In this document: positions 58,719 through 64,000 of the stretch, one piece after another
Layout of the letters: the number at the start of each line of letters is the position of its first letter
How positions within the stretch are numbered: position 1 is the first letter of the stretch
The notes under the pieces: model-generated
What the model saw: the letters and a program-made list of their open reading frames with translations, nothing else
Databases searched by the model: none
What the model was told of the DNA's origin: nothing
Position numbers and translations under genes: made by a program
Origin: a virus
Lineage: Duplodnaviria > Caudoviricetes
Direction: 5' to 3' (one strand)
Length of the DNA: 64,000 bases
Virus record (IMG/VR): IMGVR_UViG_3300037249_000541
Location: 1-64,000 of that record

Positions 58719-59227
58719 AACATATCTAAGTAATCTTCATATTCTTCATATAATTCTTCTTCAAGTTTCTTTCTTATCTCATCTTCCGACATATACTTAG
58801 ATTCTTCTGGCTTATATTGTATGCTTCTTATTTTCTGCCATTCAATATCTATTTTTTCTTTTTCTTTTCTTATATTTTCCTTTTCTTTCTCTATATAGTC
58901 TTTATATACTTCTAAGTCAGAAGTTAGATTTATTATTTTATGTTTATGCTCTTCAAGCAATTCTTTGTATGTTGTCAAGTTGTTGTTAATTTTAATCCAA
59001 TTGTCAACAGAAACATCTGTATGCTTGCCGTTAAACAAGATTATTAACTTGTTATTTATGAATTTAAATTCCAAATGTATCTTTGGAAATGGAATGTCAT
59101 TTTCTTTTTGAGCATCAACGAATCTGTTATAATTTTGGATGATTGTCATTATATTCATCATAACCAACATTATAACAGGTTTGTCTTGCTCTCTGATGTC
59201 GCTTCTATTTATTAGATTGAACTCCAT
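58709..59227 (-). CDS. Hypothetical protein
   Basis: 172 aa; stop overlaps the tRNA-Thr 5' end. Confidence 0.65.
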   Translation of the reverse strand: MEFNLINRSDIREQDKPVIMLVMMNIMTIIQNYNRFVDAQKENDIPFPKIHLEFKFINNKLIILFNGKHTDVSVDNWIKINNNLTTYKELLEEHKHKIINLTSDLEVYKDYIEKEKENIRKEKEKIDIEWQKIRSIQYKPEESKYMSEDEIRKKLEEELYEEYEDYLDMLPS

Positions 59228-59246
59228 ATTGTTTGTTTTTTTTTAG

Positions 59247-59331
59247 TGGGAGAAGTAGGACTCGAACCTACTGTGTTTCTTTGTAACGGTTTTACAGACC
59301 GCCGCCACTCCACCATCGTAGCCGCTCTCCC
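59247..59331 (-). tRNA. tRNA-Tyr(GTA)
   Basis: GCGGT-CT GTA AA-ACCGT, variable arm. Confidence 0.9.
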
Positions 59332-59336
59332 AATCC

Positions 59337-59657
59337 TTATAGCTTTATCCCTTCCTCTTTAATTCTTTTGTAAAGTATTGATTTGTAGTCTCTCATTATT
59401 TGACGTTGCTTATAAAGATTTCCAAACTTTGATTTACCTACATATTCAAGTTCTTTTTTATTTACTGCTTCTATAAAAGCTTCAAGCGAAGATAATTTTG
59501 ATGACAGTTCGTTATATTCTCTTACAAGTCTGTCTTGCCAAGTAGTAGCAGGTGAAGATGGAATTGGTTTTACTTTTTTAATTAAATCGTCCAATATAGT
59601 TTCTAAGTTTGAAACTCTTTTATGTAACGCTTCAATACACATTAATTCTGTAAGCAT
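59337..59657 (-). CDS. crAss001_48-related helical protein
   Basis: WQDRLVREYNEL..L..L..FI..LYKQRQIMRDYKSIL.RI pattern. Confidence 0.6.
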   Translation of the reverse strand: MLTELMCIEALHKRVSNLETILDDLIKKVKPIPSSPATTWQDRLVREYNELSSKLSSLEAFIEAVNKKELEYVGKSKFGNLYKQRQIMRDYKSILYKRIKEEGIKL

Positions 59658-59687
59658 AATATTAAGTTTTATAAGTTTTAATAGTCG

Positions 59688-59759
59688 TAGCCTCTATTGG
59701 AATCGAACCAATATCAAAAGATTAGAAGTCTTCTATTCTATCCGTTGAACTAAGGGGCC
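59688..59759 (-). tRNA. tRNA-Arg(TCT)
   Basis: GAAGA-CT TCT AA-TCTTT. Confidence 0.9.
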
Positions 59760-59764
59760 ATTAG

Positions 59765-59838
59765 TAGGAGCAGTAGGGCTTGAACCTACGACCGCCAAGG
59801 TATAAGCTTGGAACTCTAACCAACTGAGTTATGCTCCT
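59765..59838 (-). tRNA. tRNA-Ile(TAT)
   Basis: CCAAG-CT TAT AC-CTTGG; 7-bp acceptor stem, A73. Confidence 0.85.
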
Positions 59839-59922
59839 ATTGGGATGCCTTTTTTAACCAGAGGCATCAGAACTGACGATACATTTAAAATTTGCAATTA
59901 TGTATAAATAATCAAAAAAAAG

Positions 59923-59993
59923 TAGCGGATAGCGGACTCGAACCGCTGTGCCTTGGTTATGAGCCAAGTGAGTAACCTCTACTCTAATCCGCA
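59923..59993 (-). tRNA. tRNA-Met(CAT), initiator-like (1:72 mismatch)
   Basis: CTTGG-CT CAT AA-CCAAG; T1:T72. Confidence 0.85.
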
Positions 59994-59996
59994 GTG

Positions 59997-60085
59997 AGAG
60001 AAATAGAGGAATCGAACCTCTCGAAACTCTAAGAACACCAGCAAGCTGGTCTGTCCCTCATTGAGTAACGCCATCTTTATTTCTC
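59997..60085 (-). ncRNA. tRNA-like RNA with acceptor stem and T-arm but no D-arm or anticodon loop
   Basis: GAGAAAT/ATTTCTC acceptor; AGAGG-TTCGATT-CCTCT T-arm; centre is a long hairpin capped by ACCAG-CTTG-CTGGT. Confidence 0.6.
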
Positions 60086-60090
60086 ATTTG

Positions 60091-60161
60091 CGGAGAAGCA
60101 AGGAATCGAACCTCGATTAACTGGTTAACAGCCAGCCGCTCTGCCGTTGAGCTACATCTCC
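60091..60161 (-). tRNA. tRNA-Asn(GTT)
   Basis: GCTGG-CT GTT AA-CCAGT, G73. Confidence 0.9.
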
Positions 60162-60329
60162 ATAAAAGCTCCTGCTATAAATGAACAAAAAAAATTAAAT
60201 ATTACATTTAAGGTTCTACATTAATATATATAAAAGTAACAAACACACCACCCAAACTAACTTATTAAGCAGGAGCCATAATATAAAAACTTACAAAAAA
60301 CAAAAAAAACAAAAAAAAACTTCAAAAAG

Positions 60330-60411
60330 TACCCTAAGTAGGACTCGAACCTACACACCTCTCGGCACTTGCTCCTAAGGCAAGCGTGGCTGCCAGTTAC
60401 ACCATTAGGGC
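60330..60411 (-). tRNA. tRNA-Leu(TAG)
   Basis: CTTGC-CT TAG GA-GCAAG, variable arm. Confidence 0.92.
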
Positions 60412-60414
60412 ATT

Positions 60415-60482
60415 TGTTAGATGCTTATAACGTGCTACCGTTACACTAAGGAGTCGAACCTATCTTTTACATTCATCTAACA
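60415..60482 (-). ncRNA. Permuted tRNA-elbow mimic (terminal stem, T-arm, D-arm; no acceptor stem, no anticodon)
   Basis: TGTTAGATG/CATCTAACA closing stem enclosing AGG-TTCGACT-CCT then TA-GTGT-AACGGTA-GCAC. Confidence 0.6.
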
Positions 60483-60485
60483 TTG

Positions 60486-60571
60486 TACTACTGACAAGAA
60501 TCGAACTTGCAAGAACATTTCTGTTCGGTGGATTTTAAGTCCACTGCGTTTACCAGTTTCGCCACAGTAGC
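60486..60571 (-). tRNA. tRNA-Leu(TAA)
   Basis: GTGGA-CT TAA AA-TCCAC, variable arm. Confidence 0.92.
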
Positions 60572-60582
60572 ATCTGCATTTA

Positions 60583-60599
60583 CAATATGTCAAAGAACT
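60583..60599 (-). promoter_or_regulatory. boxA-like (Nus antitermination) site
   Basis: AGTTCTTTGACATATTG resembles rRNA-operon boxA (GYTCTTT-ACA). Confidence 0.55.
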
Positions 60600-60607
60600 A
60601 TTGTTTG

Positions 60608-60679
60608 TTGCCCAACAAGGATTTGAACCCTGACCACAAGAACCAAAATCTTGGGTGCTAACCGTTACACCATTAGGCA
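60608..60679 (-). tRNA. tRNA-Gln(TTG)
   Basis: CAAGA-TT TTG GT-TCTTG. Confidence 0.9.
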
Positions 60680-60737
60680 GTCTTAGATTCTTTTTCGAGT
60701 GTAGAATCTAAAAGAACACTGAACACATAGAAATAGT

Positions 60738-60920
60738 CTATTTCTTATTAGCTGCAATTGAAATTGCCCTAAATTTCCTTAGCATCTTGCCAAGCTCAAC
60801 ACTCTTGACTCTTGCTCGTCTGCCAGCAGCTTTGTTGCCATTAATGTTAGCAACATTGTTCTCCTTGATTGTGTCCATAATGTCGGCAAGCTGCTCGACG
60901 ATTTGTTTCAACTCTTCCAT
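60738..60920 (-). CDS. Hc1 / 'histone H1'-like small nucleoid protein of the Bacteroidota type
   Basis: GNKAAGRRARVKSVEL.K..R.FR..S motif. Confidence 0.75.
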   Translation of the reverse strand: MEELKQIVEQLADIMDTIKENNVANINGNKAAGRRARVKSVELGKMLRKFRAISIAANKK

Positions 60921-60953
60921 TTTTATTTATTATTATAATTAAACATTAATTTA

Positions 60954-61531
60954 TTATCTTATTCTTTCTTCACCTTTATAACGAAAATCTCTTAATGCAT
61001 CAGCAAGCTCATTTCCGTTAGGACAAAAATGCCTTAACATTGCCATTACCAATGAGGCTGAACAACCACTATGACTTTGGTCGTCAAAAGCCCAGTAAGC
61101 AATTCGTAGCTTCTTCTCTTTACGGACAAAACGTTTGCGCATTATCTTGCAAAGTTCAAGAACATTATCAAGCTCCAATCCGTGATAAGGTCACCAAGCC
61201 TTATTGGAACTATCTTGTCCCATTCATCGTAAGTTTCTTTTAGAATCAAACCACGTGCAGCCTTGCGATACCTATCTGTCAGTTCAGGAATTTTAGCCTT
61301 AAATTCCTCTTCACGTTTTCTATATTCTTCTCTCCACTTTCTTTCATCTTCATCAAACTGAGCTTTTGTTTTACCTGTAATTCTTAGGTAAGCATCATCG
61401 AGTGTGTCTGTTGATTTGATATAACTATCATTAAAGTCGATTATCAAATCTTCGCCACATTTATCTGCTGTTTCAACAAGTTCTTTCCAGCAACTTTCGA
61501 TGTTTCCTCCGAATATTTCAATCTTTCTCAT
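60954..61531 (-). pseudogene. Single hypothetical gene split by a 1-nt frameshift near 61186-61188
   Basis: GAC CTT ATC ACG; adding one T gives ...IRLGDL-YHGLELDNVLEL..., joining ORFs 61142..61531 and 60954..61178. Confidence 0.65.
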
Positions 61532-61571
61532 TCGTGCTTTATTTTAGTTTCATTTTGTTTTGTTTTGACGT

Positions 61572-61581
61572 TGCAAATATA
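61572..61581 (-). promoter_or_regulatory. -7 element TATATTTG, likely driving the tRNA-array transcript
   Basis: TAnnTTTG about 40 nt upstream of the 61531 start and just downstream of a terminator. Confidence 0.55.
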
Positions 61582-61645
61582 AGAACTTTTATTATATATA
61601 TGCAATAGTAATTTAGTTAAATAAAGTTAAAAAAATAAGCAAGTA

Positions 61646-61697
61646 AAAAAAATAGCAAGTAACACAATATTTCTATTGCATTACTTGCTATTTTTTT
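61646..61697. terminator. Bidirectional terminator-like hairpin
   Basis: AAAAAAATAGCAAGTAA / TTACTTGCTATTTTTTT. Confidence 0.7.
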
Positions 61698-61890
61698 AAT
61701 TCAGCTTTACTATTGTTAATGATGTATTCCTTGAGTCATTAAGACCTTCTACTTCGACAATTGCAATCGCTTTGTTAAGGAATGATTTGATTTTACCAAC
61801 TTGCAATGTTGGCGTTGTTGTTCCTCTTTTCTTGTGAAGAATTACAACCTTATCGTTGAGATGCAACTCCTTCCCTGCCTTGTCTTTCAT
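61696..61890 (-). CDS. Small KOW/SH3-like protein
   Basis: KDKAGKELHLNDKVV motif. Confidence 0.55.
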   Translation of the reverse strand: MKDKAGKELHLNDKVVILHKKRGTTTPTLQVGKIKSFLNKAIAIVEVEGLNDSRNTSLTIVKLN

Positions 61891-62164
61891 TTTGTTGTTC
61901 TTTTATTTTCTCAATGAACTCATTGACATCTTTACAATAGTAGATGTCTTTTGTTTCTGCCACAAATCTATCTAACTCTTCTTGTTGGGTCGAAGGAAAC
62001 AAGTCGTCTGTGTACCCCTTTCCATGAACAATGTGAGTTATGTCATCTTTGTAGTTTAGCCATACTGCGCCATTGAAGTTGCAACAGGTGCAACATTCAA
62101 TATTGTAAAGAGCCAATGTTGCTCTTATTTTCGGCGAATTTTCTTTTAGAACTAACGTTTCCAT
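61850..62164 (-). CDS. Hypothetical Cys-rich protein
   Basis: ECCTCCNF..WL..VHG.G. Confidence 0.65.
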   Translation of the reverse strand: METLVLKENSPKIRATLALYNIECCTCCNFNGAVWLNYKDDITHIVHGKGYTDDLFPSTQQEELDRFVAETKDIYYCKDVNEFIEKIKEQQNERQGREGVASQR

Positions 62165-62228
62165 TTTCTTTGCATTTACAGGTTGTTCAATACATCTGCC
62201 TTGAAAAGATGAGAGTAATACTTTTTGA

Positions 62229-62564
62229 TTAGTGCTTTCTCTGCATCTTCTTTTGATTTGTACATTCCATCTGGCAATCCGTTACCCCTATTATGTGGAA
62301 GGTGTATTGCGTGTAGTAATACTTGATACCAACGCTATCAGGAATTAGCTGATACAACATACCAGAATCTTGTGTTGTTGGATAATACATTTTTCTTATT
62401 TGCTGCATCTCCCAATTGTTGTTTAGAAGATAGTCTATTGTCATCTGTTCGATGGCAATAGTGTCCTTTACTTCCAACTTAGGTTTCTGCATTTTCTTCG
62501 GTTCATTTGTGCAACTTGCTACGAGTAGCAACATTGCTAATAGATTGGTTATCTTTTTCATCAT
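62229..62564 (-). CDS. Lipoprotein
   Basis: Signal peptide MMKKITNLLAMLLLVAS-C (lipobox). Confidence 0.75.
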   Translation of the reverse strand: MMKKITNLLAMLLLVASCTNEPKKMQKPKLEVKDTIAIEQMTIDYLLNNNWEMQQIRKMYYPTTQDSGMLYQLIPDSVGIKYYYTQYTFHIIGVTDCQMECTNQKKMQRKH

Positions 62565-62577
62565 TAATTATTTTTTT

Positions 62578-62621
62578 TTAAAAAGAAAGGGTACAAATGT
62601 TTTGACACAAGTACCCTTTCT
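62578..62621 (-). terminator. Intrinsic terminator
   Basis: AGAAAGGGTAC / GTACCCTTTCT 11-bp stem plus T run. Confidence 0.7.
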
Positions 62622-62642
62622 CTGTTGATTACTATTGTGTTC

Positions 62643-62786
62643 TTACTTATTGTCTTTCTTTTTAAACGCGTGTCCTACTAAAGACACTACGTATCCGCCT
62701 GCGCCAATTGACATCAGTTTGCCAACACCAAATGGCAATGCCCATACAAAGGCAACGGCTTCACCTATAGTTTCAAAAAACGCCAT
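62643..62786 (-). CDS. 47-aa hydrophobic Gly-rich peptide (not in ORF track)
   Basis: MAFFETIGEAVAFVWALPFGVGKLMSIGAGGYVVSLVGHAFKKKDNK*, A-rich leader, followed by a terminator. Confidence 0.6.
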   Translation of the reverse strand: MAFFETIGEAVAFVWALPFGVGKLMSIGAGGYVVSLVGHAFKKKDNK

Positions 62787-63063
62787 TTTATTAATGTTTT
62801 ATTTGTTTTATCTGCATTTCTTTATGAATTATACCAGCAACATTGTGAATATCACAATGTACTTTGCCAGTAATATTGTAGTGAGAGGGTAACGTAGGCA
62901 AAATTATTAGTAACGCTTACGTTGTATGAGTGATTTTTACAATAATAGTTTCACTGTCTCTTGTTAGATATGTAACACATTATTGCAGTCTTTGTCATAA
63001 TCCCAAAGAAATTATTAATTTCAATAAGATTTGTGACAGACGTTATTGATGGAACAATAATTT

Positions 63064-63741
63064 TTATGTTTCGTCTTCGTAAAGATAATAGTTTTCTGCC
63101 GGGAACACAGCCCATCCTCGTCTTCTCAATTGATTGATAACAGCTATCTTTTGATTAAACGTATTATCTTTAGAGTATTTTTTCGCTTTTGGTTCACTTG
63201 CAGTATCTAATTCACATAATGGAAAATACGAATGACTACAAGCAACATCTTGCAACTTGTGCTTTTCACAAAAATCTTGCAATTCATGTGCATATTGTAT
63301 TTCCTTTGAGTATGATACTACAATATTAGCAAATTTAGCACCAATTTGATAATAGTCAACAGGATTGTTATAGTCCATTTTTGCTATTGTAACATACACT
63401 CTGTCGTCAACGCTTTCAACAACAAGTACAGAATTATTATATCGTGAAGGTGCTGTCCGTACATAAGAACCAACAGTATGAAATCCTGGCAACATAAGTG
63501 AAGAAAATCTTCCGTTATATTTAAATAATCCAGTAAACACCTTTACAGGCTTGATGCTTCTTGCGAATTTTTTAGGCCAAACAGTAACGTCTGATTTTGC
63601 CGATGTACGTTTAAACCATTCGAGGCTTTCAATTCTATTGTCTATTATATATGCGTCATCAGTGATGTCAACAATTCTCGTTATGAACTGATATTTTGGA
63701 TGTGCGATTATTGTTCCAATTTTCAAGTCCTTCTCTTTCAT
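63064..63741 (-). CDS. Hypothetical protein
   Basis: Likely start MKEKDLKIG at 63741 (TAATG coupling with the upstream small gene). Confidence 0.65.
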   Translation of the reverse strand: MKEKDLKIGTIIAHPKYQFITRIVDITDDAYIIDNRIESLEWFKRTSAKSDVTVWPKKFARSIKPVKVFTGLFKYNGRFSSLMLPGFHTVGSYVRTAPSRYNNSVLVVESVDDRVYVTIAKMDYNNPVDYYQIGAKFANIVVSYSKEIQYAHELQDFCEKHKLQDVACSHSYFPLCELDTASEPKAKKYSKDNTFNQKIAVINQLRRRGWAVFPAENYYLYEDET

Positions 63742-63872
63742 TACATATAGTAAAGTGAGAAGTCCAAGTCTGTTGAATCTTCGATTGCGCATTCAGAATT
63801 GTCTGCGTAATCAAGTCCGTCGAGATACTCGATATCATTCAAGTATGCATCGTCAATTTCCATCTGTTCCAT
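63741..63872 (-). CDS. 43-aa highly acidic peptide (not in ORF track)
   Basis: MEQMEIDDAYLNDIEYLDGLDYADNSECAIEDSTDLDFSLYYM*; A-rich leader; stop overlaps the next ATG. Confidence 0.65.
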   Translation of the reverse strand: MEQMEIDDAYLNDIEYLDGLDYADNSECAIEDSTDLDFSLYYM

Positions 63873-64000
63873 TTTTTTTATTATTTTAATATATTGTTTT
63901 TATTGTGTCGCAAAATGATATATATCTATCGCAGAATTTGATTTCATCGTTATGCGCTGCAACGAATTTTAAATCCTGTGATACAATCAAATCTTTAAGA

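Noticed and set aside
60683-60711. TTAGATTCT/AGAATCTAA hairpin as a terminator
   Set aside because: No U-tract follows on the transcribed strand and a tRNA gene starts immediately after; more likely a processing or antitermination leader structure.
863-62892. Plus-strand ORFs in the track
   Set aside because: Short antisense shadows of minus-strand genes or tRNAs, with no recognisable motifs.
1-64000. Alternative genetic code (TAG or TGA recoding), known in some crAss-like phages
   Set aside because: Long genes are intact in the standard code. TAG ends terL (49270) and the genes at 54901, 58709 and 60738 at sensible positions. No CTA or TCA suppressor tRNA is in the array.

Overview
About 64 kb of an AT-rich Crassvirales (crAss-like) phage genome. 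Its major capsid protein and gene order resemble PhiCrAss001/Steigviridae, and TAnnTTTG promoters point to a Bacteroidota host. All real genes are on the minus strand and use the standard genetic code. In transcription order (right to left): small accessory genes; an array of 13 tRNA genes plus two tRNA-like RNAs; conserved small genes (nuclease, GroES-like, ThyX); terminase; portal; head- and tail-fibre block; scaffold; major capsid; ring, hub and muzzle tail proteins; and four ejected cargo proteins. The last cargo gene (more than 2,100 aa, open at the left edge) is missing from the ORF track. The most notable observations are: (1) a free-standing paralogue of an internal major-capsid domain, a possible decoy; (2) a circularly permuted, acceptor-less tRNA-elbow mimic and a second anticodon-less tRNA mimic in the tRNA array; (3) two giant cargo proteins carrying tandem and even nested enzyme-like domains (A1S_2505-like with an inserted NADAR-like domain, DUF4326-like, SLOG, DUF1848-like CxxxCxxC; ART-like, P-loop kinase, HExxH peptidase, nucleotidyltransferase); (4) fibre proteins that appear to be chained through complementary terminal motifs. 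All family assignments come from motif recognition by eye, not database searches.
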